DNA of 64,000 bases from Gracilinanus agilis (Eukaryota): assembly GCF_016433145.1 (NCBI RefSeq), contig NC_058133.1, positions 98,116,726 through 98,180,725 of the forward strand, read 5' to 3'. Every line of letters starts with the position of its first letter. The first letter of the stretch is position 1. Shown here in pieces: positions 11,581-26,100 of the stretch. The notes beneath the pieces are model-generated. The model worked only from the letters and a program-made list of their open reading frames with translations, had not been told where the DNA came from and searched no databases. A program made the translations under genes and the position numbers.

Positions 11581-12641
11581 ATCTAGAGCTTCTTTACCTT
11601 TTTTATATCTTGGATCCCTATGGCAGTCTGGCAAGACTTAGGTACCCTTTCACAGAAGAGAGTTAAAAATTTTTTTTAATAACAATAGGATTACAAAAGA
11701 AACAGTTATATTAAAATGTAGTTTTTAAAAGATTTTAAAAAACAAATTCATTGAGTACTGGTTAAGAACTGCTGGCCTAGAATCTTATCAGTATTAGAAT
11801 TATGAATGCCTAATATCATTTATCAATGAGAAAACATTTCTTAAGCACTGACTATTCACTGGGCAATGTACTAAGTTCTGGGGGTTACCAAAAAAAAAGT
11901 AAAAAGAGTCCCTACCCTCAAGGAGCTCACATTCCAATGGAGAAGCTTTAATTTAACTTAATTTATGCTTTATCCAAAATGACTGGGGAATGACATTTTG
12001 GCTAGTAATTAGCAATTTTTAAAGGAATAACATAAGAAAACACAAAACACTAAAACTTTTTTTGGACTATTTATATGATTTTATCTATATAGAGAACTAC
12101 TGGTGAGGAAACTATCTCCACCAATGCAGATTTGTACCAGCCCTCAATTTAAGAGTTTTCTAATGTTGCCTGGGCAACAGAGGGGTTCATTGACTTGCCT
12201 AGGTTCACACAGTCAGTTTGGATTAAAAGTGTAACATGAACCTTAGTATTTCTGCCTCTGAGGCCAATTCATGCCTTGGCTACCTTCCAGAACACTATAT
12301 TTAAACAAATTTCATATTTCTTTAATTTTTCAGAAGGTAGTTCAAGATTTTTCCAGTGAATCCAGGGCATTATCAAGTAGGAGACTTCACATTTGGAAAG
12401 TGTAGAAGAATGGATCAAAGGGTTATAGAATTAGAGCCAGAAGAGATCCCCAAAGTCATCCAACCACTCCACTCACACTTTACAAATAAGAAAACTGAGG
12501 CCCAAAGAAGTTAAATGACTTCCTAGGTTATTAGTGCTCTTTATACCCCCTGAAATTATTTTGCATTCTTAATATAACTATATATATTACATATATATAA
12601 TAAATATAATTTATCTTTACCTATCTTAGCCCATGTTATAA

Positions 12642-12892
12642 GGATAGCTAGATGGTGCAGTGGAAAAAAAGGGTCTAGAGTCAGAAAGACTGAATTCTTC
12701 ATGAATTCAAATCCATTCTCAGCCACTTATTAGCTATGTGACCCTGGGCAAAGTAATTTAATCCTGTTTGCCTCAGTTTCCTCATCTGTAAAATGAGCTG
12801 AAAAAGGAAATAGCAACCACACTAGTATCTTTGTCTACAAAACCCAAAAAAGAGGTCATGAGGAGTCAGACACACCTGAAACAATTTAACAA
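12642..12892 (+). mobile_element. MAR1-type marsupial CORE-SINE
   Basis: tRNA-like head, MIR core (tgtgaccctgggcaa...cctcagtttcctcatctgtaaaatgag) and RTE-like tail (ggaaatagcaaccacactagtatctttg...gagtcagacac). Confidence 0.8.
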
Positions 12893-13559
12893 TACCCATG
12901 CTATCTTTCCTATTTCATCCCGCATCCTTATGGAATGAAAGTTTCATTAGTTTGGACACCATTTTGTTTTTGTCTTTCTATCCAAAATAGCTAATATGGA
13001 ACTGGATCCATAGGACACATTTAATATTGATGAAGGTTGATCTGAATCAAATTGAGCTGCCCAAGATCACACAGGTGACCTTGTGAAAAAGAAAGAGCTG
13101 GAGTTCAAACAAGTCTTCTGTTGGAGTCATGGACAGGACTAGTTAGCTTCTGATGTCATTTTCAACTCTGAAATTCTAGGATTATTTGAAAAGAAAATCA
13201 TCTGATTCCCAATCTAGTCCTCTTTCTATCACACTACACCAATTCAGTGACATACCTTAGAGAATAGTCTTTGACTCGAGCTTTTTTACTTTTCACATAA
13301 AATTGAAAAGGAGCATAAGAGAAATTCCAGGTTTTTTTTAAGTTTGCCACTTGCTTGGATGTCAGAAAAATTGAGGTTACTCCCTAAATCATGGAGAGCT
13401 ATAGTATTTAAAAAGCTATAGTATTTAGATCACATCATCAATGTCCCCATGTCATTAACAATCTGTGAAAAAAAGCAAAAAGAAACAAACTGTGAATTTT
13501 ATGGTACTATAAGGTTAGAATTTTGTTTTTTAAGTCAAGCCATACATAAAAAATATAAA

Positions 13560-14100
13560 GGCTCCTGAGGATTAAAACAAAAGCTGGGAAAAAGACTTAG
13601 ATGCCATTCCAAAGCCTACAGAAACTGTGTACAAAGACTACAAAGTCAATGAAATTTTAGAAAGCAACAAGAAGACTTATGGAAACAAAAGAGAGAAGGC
13701 CATCGTGCCCTGCAACCATAGCTGGAATATCATATGCCATCCAGGCACCACATCTCCTGGTAGATATGACAGAACTTGACAAGGTCCAGAAAAGGACAAC
13801 AAGAATGAGAGAAGAAATAGGGGTCCAGTGAGGAACACCATCTTCTTAGTGAAAGAGTAAAAATGAGATTCTTTACCATGAAAAGAAGAATGAGATGGAG
13901 TATCCAAAAAAAAAGAAATTTTAATATGTCAATAGGAGCTGTGAAAAAAAATACATAATAGGTGATGTGGAATTTCTTTGCCAAATTCCTAAACACTGGA
14001 ATGAAGGGCACCCTTTGAAACCAGAACATGGTTGAGACAGAAAATATAGATTGATCCCAAAAGAAATTTAATGAATCTATGAAACAAATCAATATTACAA
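13560..14100 (+). mobile_element. Ancient CR1-clade LINE ORF2 C-terminal fragment
   Basis: Decayed reading ~LEY...DMTELDKVQKRTTRM (CR1 consensus LEYCVQFW...ELEKVQRRATKM) and gaagggcaccctttgaaa (~RGHPLKL). Confidence 0.65.
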
Positions 14101-14309
14101 GGAACTATTATTTCCTTGTGGTTAAATCTCTCTCCACTAAAGCAAGTCAATGGAATGAAGAGTGTGACCTTTAGTAGTTCAATTCAACTCCATGCATCTC
14201 CCAAAAGAATTAACTAACAAAACAAGCAAATGAGCCTGAATAGCATCTCATCAATGGTCACATCCATGAGGAATTAGACTAAGGGAGACCTTTTGAATAT
14301 ATGTTATCA

Positions 14310-14524
14310 TTAAAAAAAATCCTTACCTTATATCTTAAAATTAACAATTAATCTAAGAATTAGAATCTATAGGTTCTAAGGCAGAAGAATGGTAAGGGCT
14401 AGGCAATGGAGGTAAATGACTTGCTCAGGGTCACACAGTTAGGAAGTGTATGAGGCCAGATTTGAGGCCAGATTTGAGCCCAAGACCTCCTGCCTTTCTC
14501 AAGCCAGAACCACCTACCTGCCCC
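14310..14524 (-). mobile_element. Older SINE1_Mdo-like SINE
   Basis: Reverse complement of the family at 51219/56795: ccttacc...ctaaggcagaagaatggtaagggctaggcaatgg...ccacctacctgcccc. Confidence 0.8.
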
Positions 14525-17500
14525 AAATTTATATTTTACCATTGAATCAAACATTTGACAAGCATTTACTCCATGCCTATTGTGTGCCAGGCACTGTGCT
14601 AGGAACTCTGGATATAAATCATCCATACCATATCACAATCTATTCATAACAGAGTAGATAAGTCTGAGGAGTTTAAGTGATTTGTAAGAGATAAAATTTG
14701 AACCCAGATCATCCCATTCTAAATCCAGCAGTCCATCCACTATCTCAGGCTGCCTCAATCTATTTATTACAGAGCTTTGTCTCATTGATAAGACAATCTG
14801 GGATTTTTCTAACCTTGAAAGTTAACATCAAGGACAATGATGTCTCTCTCTTGGCATGTGCCTTGGGGGGCTTGTTAGCAAAAGGATGCTGGGCTGGACA
14901 GACCTAAGTTCCTATGGTCTTTGCCTGTAGCAGAATGACATAGAATGATGAATTCTCTTCAGCTTGCATCGAATGCACTGTCACTCATTACCTTGTCCAG
15001 ACTCCTCCCAATTTGCTTTTAGGATGTATGCTATAAGTCAGAATTAAGTTTTGATGCTTGTAAAGAAAAAAAGAGAAAATTGTTCTAAAATGTTACTGCT
15101 GATACAAAGCTCATCCACTGAAAATAGTCATCGGTCAAGTCAGATTCCATTGTCATTTTTCATGTCAAACACTGCATCATAGACTTCATAAATTTAATGC
15201 CTCAGATTTGTAATTTCATTTCAAAAAATATTTACTGTCATTTCCTGTGCAAGATGATTATTTTTATACAATTGGCTCATAAGTTCAAAAGATCATAGAC
15301 TTAGAGCTGGAAGGAATATAGAGATCAAACTTAAAAAACTTAGGGACCCAGGGAGGTTGTATGATTGGCCAAAATGACACAGATAGTAACAGATGGCAAA
15401 ACCAGAATTTGAATTCAGGTCTTTTGACTTCAAATCCAGCACTGAGACACTTGAACTGACTGAAATAATTATAGTTTTATTGGTTTTGTGTAGAATGCAT
15501 CTCTCCTTCAATAGCTTTTATTAACAAAACATTGGACTGAACAATTGGTGATTTTTGGATTATCAGGTAAGGTGAGAGCTAGGTGAGGACGTATTATGTA
15601 GAAGATACCATACTACTATGCCTTGGGGATTCAAAGACATTATGTACAATTACTAGCCTCAAAGAGTTTACATTCACACTTTCCTTATAGTGATTATCCC
15701 TTCCGAGAAGAGACTTTTCAATCATTAGAGTATATATTACAACCTCTCTGGGGATATTATAAGAAATAAATAAATGATGACTGGTTGAAATTACAAGTTT
15801 TTTTGGTAATTCTTTGTGATAATACTTTGTGATTATGATCTAGGAAAATATATCCTGATCAACTTGACACATTTTTATTTGCCACAAAATTTAGTTTTAA
15901 TTTCTCAGACCATCTCAGAATTCAATACATCTACTAAAAGAATTTAACTAAAAAAAAAAAACAAATAAATCTGAATAGAATTTCTTTAATGGTCACATTC
16001 ATGACAAATATGGCTTAGCTCTAAGTATACAGTAGACATTACCATTGAATATATTTTATATTTGCTCTCAGAAAATAGAGTTATATTCTGCCCTAAACAA
16101 CTCTAGACACTGATAGGGTGAAAACGATAATGGGTAGAACAGAGATTTCTAGTTTTATACAAATTTTAGCTGAATTTATTATTGTATGAGTTCTCATTCT
16201 TATTTATATCTCTTTGGGAATCCCATCTGTATGAGTGTATTGATTTACAGGCATTAGAAAGCAGATCATGGAACACCCTGTTTGCCCATTCTTGGGAGGG
16301 TAATAGGAATCAGCCAATAGGCATTTATTAAGCACCTACTATATACCAGGTACTGTTCTAAGTGCTAAGAATACTAAGAAAGGAAGGAAACAGTCCCTGC
16401 TTTCAAAGATCTTAGAGTCTAATGAAAAGAACTTGAAAACTCTGTAAAAGATATATACTGGATAAATGAGATTTAAGTAATAGAGGGAAGACACTAGCAG
16501 TAAGAAATGTTGAAATGAGTCCATTTTGTCTTTAAATCATTCAATTCAACCAACATTCTGTAAGCACATATTATATGGGAGCCACTAGGTATTGGTTATT
16601 CAGTCATATTAATAGACAGTTCCTGTTCCCAAGGCGCTTACATTCTAGTTACAACTTCAATACTCCATAATATGTATCCAGGCACCATATCTGGTACGGT
16701 TCAAAATATGTGCCAAATTTTTCTATTTTTCCATCAAAAATATTTTCATGAAAAGACTCTAATGTTGAGCAATGAATCAAATGCATGTTTTGTTTTTTAC
16801 CAATTGTTTACCATTGTTTTACCTATTTGAATATATAGCAAAATTCCAAAAATGGGATGGGCTGCTTCAAAAGGTATGTAATACATGTATGATAGGAGAC
16901 CTCGAAGCAGATGCTGGACGGTCACTTGTCAGATACATTAGTGTAAGAATTCCTTTCAAGTATATGTTGTATTAGAGGGTCACCAGGGCCCTTTCATACT
17001 CTAAAATTCTCTGATTCTCTGTTAGCAGCAAGTTGTGCTTTTTTTAATAATAATATTTGCTGTTACTGAAAATTTTTTCCCAAACAGAATATACTAGAGG
17101 CTAATATATTAGAGGCTACTCACCACCTCTAAGACATTAGGAAAAACTAATAATATATGATTTATTTTTAAAAAAATACACAACTGGCCAATTCTCTATG
17201 AACTTATTTAATTATCTAGAAACAGCAACTATGATGGTTTTATCACATTCATGTATATAAATCATTTTTCCCACTGCTCCACAATTTCTTAGAATGTTCT
17301 AAATGAGTTCAGTTACTCAATAAGAGTAAATTAAAAGCAAATCTAAAATGAAAAGGAAAGACCATGAAGTATTTGAATATTTTGGGTAGATGGAAACATT
17401 TTATATTCTACATTCCAACCAAGTAAACAGCCTCATACTAAGCCTGTGGCCTAAAATTCTACAGGGGTTTTTAGCCCAAGATAAAAGAAGTTCTCAAGAA

Positions 17501-17533
17501 TGATATTCTAATGGCACAAACACAAACATTTTA

Positions 17534-17779
17534 TTTAGTTATTTAGTTATTTAGTTATTTTCTTCAATTTTATTTAATTGATTAAGAGAATTTTCCCATG
17601 GTTACATGATTCATGTTCTTTCCCCTCTCCCCTCCTCCCATAGCCAGCATGTAATTCCACTGGGTTTTACATGTATCATTGATCAAGACCTATTTTCATA
17701 TTATTGATATTTGCATTAGGATGATCATTTAGAGTCTACATCCCCAATCATATCCTCACTGACCCTTGTGATCAAGCAG
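17534..17779 (-). mobile_element. 5'-truncated marsupial L1 3' end with TSD
   Basis: Same L1 3'UTR as 9091-9308. Flanked by ACACAAACATTTTA (17520-17533) and ACACAAATATTTTA (17780-17793). Confidence 0.8.
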
Positions 17780-18109
17780 ACACAAATATTTTAGTGAAAA
17801 AGAAAAGAGAGTACAATTGAGAGACTGATGGATATGGATAGACAAGGAACCAGTAGAGGAGATAAGTGGTACAAAAGATAGGGAACTGGACCTGCAGGTA
17901 GGAAAACCTGAGTCCAAATCCAGTCTTGGATACCTATTAGCTATGTGGCCCTGGGCAAGTCACTTTACCTCTGCCTCAGCTTCCTTAATTATAAAATGAG
18001 ATTAATAATTATAAAGTGCTTAGTATAGGTCCTGACACAAAATAGGTGAGTCTATAATAGTCATTCCCTTCCCTCTCTGCCCATAGACCAACTTGGAGAA
18101 TTTTAATGC

Positions 18110-18520
18110 AACTATAGATTGTGGAAGTGAGGAAAAATAATGTACAATTAACGCAAAAGTATGAAAAGGCAAAAATAGTGTTAAGTAGTGCTAACATCTC
18201 AGGATGGGCTAAAATTGGCCATTTCAAAAAATGTGTTTTAAACTGTTTGGAGGAAAAGAGAAAGTTCAGAAGGAAAAACAACCTACACAAAATGGGGAGA
18301 GTGATGATAAATGATGACAGAGAGAAACCCAAGCTGCCCATGTACTTTTTGTTTTCTCTATGAAGCAGAATTATCACCTGAATAGGAAGGATAAAACAAA
18401 ATGGTTGATAAGGAGTCCAACTCCAGATATTTAAGGGATCTTTTGACAGTGGCTTGTTTTCTATGAATTCAAGTAACCAATCCTGAATGAACCTCATATT
18501 TAGTAAAAGACTGAAGAATG
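18110..18520 (+). mobile_element. L3/CR1 ORF2 fragment (between EN and RT)
   Basis: The + ORF reads GRVMINDDREKPKL..YFLFSL, resembling CR1 DGVMITDDREKAELLNSYFASVF. Confidence 0.7.
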
Positions 18521-19779
18521 TACAGGATGGTAGGAGAATGTGAGGTTTGTAGAGGGTCAGAAAAGGAAAAAGCGGGTGGAATCTTCAACATATCGGTCAG
18601 CAGTCTGGATTTTCATTCCTGACAAAAGTCCTATAACATTTTTAAAGGGTAATGGATTATTTTTCTATCAAAACAAGTATACTCTGGGTCAAAAGATTAT
18701 GAAGGAGTAATGTGAAATCAGTCTGGAAAGAGGCTAAGTCAGATTAGAAGAATTTTATAAATGCTAAATGGAAGAATTTTTATATTTTATTCTAGAGGCA
18801 AAACAATCTGTCATAACTTCTTGAACAAGGGAAGGATGTGGTCATTGTTCTTCCCTTCACTGCTCCTGGCTGTTTTATGAGGAAAGACTGGCCATAATTG
18901 GTCTTCCACCAACGATTTTATAGAGGAGTTTATAAGGTGATTGTTTGCATAGATTCAATTCAACTAACATTTATTAAGTACCTCCTATGTTTAAAGCACT
19001 ATTCTAGGAACTAGGAATACAAAATAAGTAACAGTCTCCGTAGAGAGTTTATTTTCTACTTGGGAAAAATGTATATAAGGAAGTAAAATTTGAAAGTATA
19101 TACCAAATAATTTCAAGATGGAGAGAATGGCAATGCCTGTGGGAGTTGAGTGGGAAGAGGAGAGATCAGAACATGCCCCTTGTAGAAGGTGGCTCTTGCC
19201 CTGGGTTTGAAAAGCTAGGAGGTGATGTTTCTATATCATCTCTCAGATGTTGATCTTTCTGATTTCTTCTTCCTAAGCAACATTTTCTAACATACTAACA
19301 TACTATCCTTTGCAGTGAAGTCACTGATGATTAAAATACATACTGAATTGGTTTGTGAGTTCTTAACTAGTTTCTTATAGAATTTCTTAGCCTTGTCATC
19401 TTGTAAATGGGATACTAAGAAATACCCTTTAGAAAGACTAAAAGAACCCCAAATAACAACCAGCAACTCTTTACGTCCACAAAATTGTCACAACGATTAA
19501 CCATATTTACTAACTTGAGCAATTATACATGTATAGATATGCACGTATCCTTGGGACCCCATTTTCTTGCTGTTTCTTGATCTTGAGCAAGTCACTTCTT
19601 TATGTGCTAGTTTCCTTATGTGTAAAATGAGGGGTTTGCCTAGATGACCTCTCATTTCCAATATTGAAAACTCATATTCCAATACTGAAATTATTTTTAG
19701 CTCTTTCCTCTCCTTCACCTATCTATCTAAAGGGCTATTAGGTCCTGTTGATGCCAGCTTCAGAACAACAGTAATATGG

Positions 19780-20600
19780 TCCTCCTTTTTATTCCATTCC
19801 CACAGCTACTCTCCTAATGCAGGCTCTCATCACTCTTCCCTGAATTATTTCAGCAAAGTGCTGACAGGTCATTCTACCTTCAGTCTCACCCTGCTTCAAT
19901 CTACCCTTTGTAAAGTTTACAGAATAATATTTCTTACCCATTGATAGAGCCATGTCATTGTTCTGGAGGCAGCTAACAGTGGATATATTCCTGAGCCTAG
20001 AGTCAAGACCAGCGTTCAAATTCAGCCTTAATTAATTCCTAGCTTTGTGACTCTGGGCAAGTGATTCAAATTTTTATCTGCCTCAACAGTTCCTCAAGTG
20101 TAAAAAGGGAATAATAATAACTCCCTACCTCATAGGGTTGTTGTTAGGATCAAATAAGATGGTATTTTTAAAGCTCTTGACCCAGTGACTGGCACAAAAT
20201 TCATGCTTAATAAATAAATACTTTTCCCTTTCCTTCTTCTACTCAAACATTTTCAGTGGATTCCCATTTTGTTTCAAGTGAAATTTAAATTCCTTTGCCT
20301 AGCATTCAGTGTTCTAGATAGTCTATAGTCACTCTACATTTCCAGTTGATTTCACCTGATTTCCCTGCATGCTCTAAGGTCTAACCAAACTGTACAACAG
20401 TCCATCCTCCTAAACAAATACTTCATTTTCATTCTACCATGTCTTTGCTTGAGGTATTCTATGTGCCTGGAAAGTTATTTTCCCCTATATTCCTCTGCTC
20501 AATTCCTTTCTATACTTTAAAGCCTAATTTAAATGCCATCTTCTCCATGAAGCCCTCCTTGATCTCCCTGATTCGTGATGACCTTTCCCCTAAAAGCTTA
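19780..20600 (+). mobile_element. L2 fragment interrupted by a MIR (~19975-20220)
   Basis: L2-like caggctctcatcactcttccctgaattattt...cttcaatctaccc sequence resumes after a MIR core as actcaaacattttcagtggattccc. Confidence 0.6.
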
Positions 20601-23129
20601 CATTTAGTTTTGTGACCTTTGACTAGGTCTTCATTAATGCAAATAATAAATGCCCTGAAACAGTCATGTGAATTAATAGTCAGACTATTAAAAGCCATAA
20701 TTATGGAAATTTCATCATTGTTTACCATTCAATGGAAAATGCAGTGCAAATACAAATAATATTCATTATTCACATTAATCAGGAACTCACTATCTTGTGC
20801 TTTTGTGGGTTAGTGACTTTTCTGTCTTCTAGTCTATAAACTTCTTGAGGTCTGGAACCTTGCCTGATCTAAAATTTGCATCTCTTCCTGCATCATAAAG
20901 CCATTCATACAGAAGTTGTTCACTGTATATCTATTAATTGTTGATTGATTAGAAGGTAGTTTATTAGGTGATGGAAGAACTTTAATATCAGGACAAGAAG
21001 TTGGCATCTGATTTTGCTCAAAATTATGAGCTGCTGAAATTTTTTGAAATGAGGAACAATGCAAATAATTGAAAGATGGCAAGTGCATGAGAGTATATTG
21101 GAGAAGCACAAGCCTGAAGATAGGAAAGCCAATTAGAAAGTAGTTAGAATGGATCAGACAAAAGATGATAAAGATCTAAACAAGGACAGAGGCAGAGGAC
21201 ACATGTAAGAGATTAATTGAATGTGGAATCAAAGGATTCAACAACTAATTGGATAGAGAGAATAAGAGAGAGAAAAGATTGAAAAAGCTAACACCTGAGT
21301 TTTTAAACTTTGTGATTAGGATACTGATACCCTCAAAAGAAGTGGGGGGGGTGGGGATATTGGAGGAAAGGAGATAATTCAATATTTCTAATACATTGAA
21401 ATTGAGATGAAGTAGATGAAGAATCAAGTGGATATACGGAATTGAAGCTCAGAGGTGAGATCCAGAATGAAAATAAAGATTTGGGAGTCAAATGTGACAA
21501 TAATAATAGTGGACATTTATATAGCATGCTTTCAAACTGCTGTGCATAAAGACGTTCATAGAGTACCCTTATAATAATCCTATAAAGATTAGTACTTCAA
21601 GTATCATTTCCCCCATTTTACAAATTAGGCTTAAAAACCAAATCATTTGTTCAGGGTCACATAGTTAATAAGTATCATATGGGGATATTGTGAAAACCAG
21701 ATGAGACAATATAGCTGAGGCTGATTTGTAATAATAAAGCACTTCTTAAAGGTTAGGTATAAAAGTGGCAGCAAAATAAAAAAAAATGGTAGAAATTTAG
21801 ATTGATTCAGCATCATCCAGATGAATCTCTACCCAGTATTAGTGTCCACACTCATCCTCAGTCTTGATTATTTAATAATTACACTCTGAATAACTACATT
21901 TCAATGTCAGTGAAGCCTGGATAAAAGCAAAACTGGGAAACAAAAAGTCAGGTCCTCACCCTTCCTTGGAGACCACAGAAGAAGCTAGGAGACATGAGAG
22001 GAAAGGAAATTTATGGCACCATCCCAAAGAGATAAACATTGTACAGATTGTTGAAGAGGCCCCAAGAAATGGTAGGGGGAATTGTGAGAGGGAGGGAAAA
22101 AAATAAAAGAGAAGGCATATTCAGGAAACAAGAAAGAACCCTCAAGCAGCTTGAAGACCTAAGAGATAAAGGTGAAGAGTTCCGAATTTGCCCTGAGGGC
22201 TTCATTAATCCAACCAAAGCTTCCCCCCTCTCATAAATTAAGTTTACATATAGAGATTTACCTATAATTTCCAAAAATTCCTCATCTAACAGAAAGTTAA
22301 ATAGGACCTAAAGGGTTTATTCTGTCCACTCCCATCTTACCAGGACCATGATTTCTTCTTCCTCAGCCAACCACATTTCCATTAATGTCTCCCTGTAGTA
22401 TAAGTTGAAATTCTGGGCCTCCAAGCAAAATTCCCAGAAAGGACCCCTTAAATTTTATTCAGAGCAAAATATGATATTCATCACAGAGGGGATGGCTCTT
22501 CTTTTTATCAAAGCCCTCTATAAAGCAGGGACCGCTTGAGCTTCTGACTGAGCAATATAAACCCTTCTTTGTTGTGATCAGTCACTGAATCCATAAGAAT
22601 TTCTTAAACATCCATGATGCAGGCATTGATACATTTCATTCGGGGAAGAAAACGGCAAATATAAGGCATGATCCTGACCCTAAATGAGTTTATAAGATTG
22701 TTAGGAAGAGAACATGAGTAAAATAATCAAGGAACAAAAATATGCTAAATTGTATGGGCTAACTCTATGAAATAAAAATGTCAAGGAAGGAGACATCACT
22801 GTGATGATACCTTCAGAAAAATTTAGAGAGGAAGTAAGAATGAATTTAGACCTTTAAGGATCAGTAACATTTTTTAAAAGTGTGCATTTCAGATAGGGGA
22901 AGAACATAAACAAAGTGTTGGAATAGGGTATGAACAAATGAGATTTGCCTCAATGGAAGAAGAGTGCCTGACAAGTAATGTTGAGGAGCAGTAAGGAATA
23001 AATTGGAGTAGACTATGGTGTTCCCAGATTAGAGATCAAATTACTAAAGAATTTCTTCAGAAGTGCTTCTCCCATATTCCAACACTCCAGGCAATCTCTG
23101 ATCTCATTCATATAGGTGTTCCCTCAAGT

Positions 23130-23510
23130 CATTCAAGTATTGATTAAGCATTGACTATGTGCCAGACAGTATGTAGGGGATATGAAGACAAAAGTGAAAT
23201 AGTCTCTGCCCTCAAGAAGCTTCCAGTCTAATGGGAAAGGCAACACACACAAACACACACATATACAGAAGTACATATAGAAAACATGTATGATGAATGC
23301 TAGGTAGGGTTGAATAGGGATCTTCTAGCATTTGGGAAAAACTGAAAAGTCTTGATGTAGAAGATGGCACTTGGTCTGAGACATAAAAAGACCTCCAAAA
23401 TACAGAGATGAGAAGGAAATTAATTGTAGGCATAAAAGACAGGCAGGGCAAAGACATTGAGACGAGAGATGGGGCATAAAGGAATTTTTTTTCTGGATGA
23501 TAGAGGACAA
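23130..23510 (-). mobile_element. L2 3' fragment
   Basis: L2 tail ttcaagtattgattaagcattgactatgtgccagacag...gtctctgccctcaagaagcttccagtctaatggg. Confidence 0.7.
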
Positions 23511-23689
23511 GGATTTTTGGATTTCTGGATTTTTTTTTCCTGGATGATAGAGGACAATATTTCTAGATGATAGAGTACAAGGATGGGAATAAAGTACAAG
23601 AAGACCAGATAAACTGAAAAAATGCCAGGTTATAAAGAGCCACAGAGAGGAGCTAGTATTTTATCAATATCACAATCCATCCATGCTTG

Positions 23690-24040
23690 TCCAGTTTCTG
23701 AGTCTCCCATTCATGTCCTCCCATAATTTCACTATAGACAGTTTAATGTTCTAGAGACCTTCCTCAAGTTCTCTTGACATCATTGGAACACCAATGGAAC
23801 ATACCCATCAATTATCTCCCACTCTTATCCTGCATCCTAGCCATCTTCTTTTTTGATCATACATCATTTTGGCAACCACCTTCTTCTGGCAACCTCCATG
23901 ATGCTTTGTTTGTTGTGAGCTACAAGCTGCTCCCTATTACTCTTTGCTTTCCCATCACTCTTTGAGTGTGATCTACGGTTCCATGAGGCACAGCCATATT
24001 GCAACCTTGGTGTGTAGAACTCACCTATTCCACTGAAAAT
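23690..24040 (-). mobile_element. RTE-clade LINE ORF 3' fragment
   Basis: The minus strand reads LQYGCASWN (RTE L.YGCESW), then decayed MYDQKRRW.G...DN.W...W..DVKR (RTE C-terminus). Confidence 0.65.
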
Positions 24041-25959
24041 CCAGAGAAGTTCCATAAACAAAAGCCAGAGCATGTTATACAAAATACCACATTTATGTAT
24101 ACTCAGACCCATATTTACTGTCATTTTCCTACCATTCATTCGTGAGGATTCCCAAACAATAGTCTCAGTATTATCAGCTCTTAAGATAATTTCATAATTA
24201 ATACAAATACTCTGCCCCTTCCACCCCCCCCCCCAATTAGAAATGTTGGTATTACCAAGGAGCTTTTGCTTGAGGAGAATTCATGGTTTTTAAAGTAATA
24301 ATTGGCTTATTTCCTACATAAATGCTTTCATCCAATCTGTCTGACACATCTTGATTCTTGCTAATTAAAGATTTTCCTCCAGCATGGCTTTGATATGAGA
24401 TCTCAAGGGAAAATGCACTGGGTGCTTCATCTGAATCTATTTGCAGTTCATCTGCAGTCTCACTGAGCTGAGGGCACTCGATGATTCTCTAGGCAGCACA
24501 CTTTGTTAGGAGAGGAGAAAGAGGGCTGCTTAGATTCAGAACTCCTGGATTCAACTTCCATCTCTAAGACCTTGGCCCTTCATCTCTCCAGGGAAGAATT
24601 TCCTTATAAAGCAATAATAATAATAATAATAACAATAGTATTTTAAAGTAAAATAAAATAATGATGATGATGATAACTATATTTATAAAGTGCTTTAAAA
24701 TATTATTTCATTATTTTTACCTGTAAAATGAGGGGGTTGGGCTCAGTAATCTCTGAGCTCTCTTCCACCACTAACATTTTCAATCAATCAACAAACATTT
24801 GTTAAATGCCTATTATGTGACCAGGATCTGTGCTAAGTGGCAGATATCCAAGGAAAGGCAAAGAAGACAGCTCTCAAGAATCTTGCAGTTTAATGAGGAA
24901 AAAACGTGTAGAGGATTACTTCCTTACAAACTATATACAGGATAAATTGGAAATAATCAGTAGAGGGAAGACATTAGCAAAAAGAAGGAACTGGAAAGAC
25001 CTTCTACAGGAGCCTTTTTTCTCTGAAGGAAATAAGGACAATCTTCACTCTGGTTTGGACGAGGTTAGTCAGCCTGTATGAGAAGGCCAGGGGAATCTCT
25101 GTGATTCTATACCACACAAGCACATATAATAGGCTTTTAGCTTCCAATCATGTTAAAAGTAAAACAGCCTCAACAACAAAAACAAACAAAACCTATTATG
25201 AGATGTAATAGACATTTGGGAAAATAACCTACATTTTCCTTGAAGCAGCTGAACCTTGGGTATCTCCCTAAGTGAGAGCAGTGGTTCTTGTTTACTTATT
25301 TTCTTTTTTTTTTTTTGGAAGGGACAGTTTGGTGTAGTGGAAAAGATGCCAGACTTGAAGTCAGGAGAGAGCTTGGTGTGAATTCCTTCTTTTGTACATG
25401 GTAGTGTATATCCATGAGCCATTCACCTAACTAGCTTTGAAATGGAGGTAATAATCCCTGTAGTAGGAACTTCACGGAAAGGTTTAAGGACCAGACAAAT
25501 AGAATGTCCAAAGAATATTTTTCAAACTTTAACATACAATAAAAACATCAGCTGTTATTATACCAGGTGGTCAAACCCCAAAATTGTAATAAGAGATGAA
25601 TTTTTAGCTCAGCATGGGATAATAAACTCGGAAGGGTCTGAGAATGAGGAGATCTGTCCTCATTCAAGCTTTGTGGATAATTAGCTATAGAAGGTTGACT
25701 AGTTCCACATTGACTACCTATTTACTATGAAAATGGCAATGTTAATCATCGGAAGGACAAAAATAAAACATTTCCTGTCCCTCCAGGAGTCTGCCTCCCA
25801 CTAGAGAAGTCCTTTAGTTTCTTTGGGTCTTCTTTGTTTGTAAATAAGAGAACTGAATGAGATCACAAAGGACGTTTCCAATTCATAAAAGTTCATGATC
25901 CTCATCTTTCCTAATCAGGTCTACATATGTGAGTGTGTGTGTATTTAAATAAAAACACA

Positions 25960-26100
25960 TGTATATATATATTTAAAAATATATACAATTATTTATGTAA
26001 AAATAGTGTTCATATAATATAACATAATATAATACATTTAATATAATCATAATAATATAATAATAAATTAATCATAAATATATATGTAAATATATGTATT
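25960..26100 (+). repeat. AT-rich low-complexity (TA/AAT) tract
   Basis: Read directly from the sequence. Confidence 0.85.

Noticed and set aside
18009-18497. Longest ORF in the track (162 aa, - strand)
   Set aside because: It is antisense to a decayed L3/CR1 ORF2 fragment. The F/L/I-rich composition is typical of the complement of A-rich DNA.
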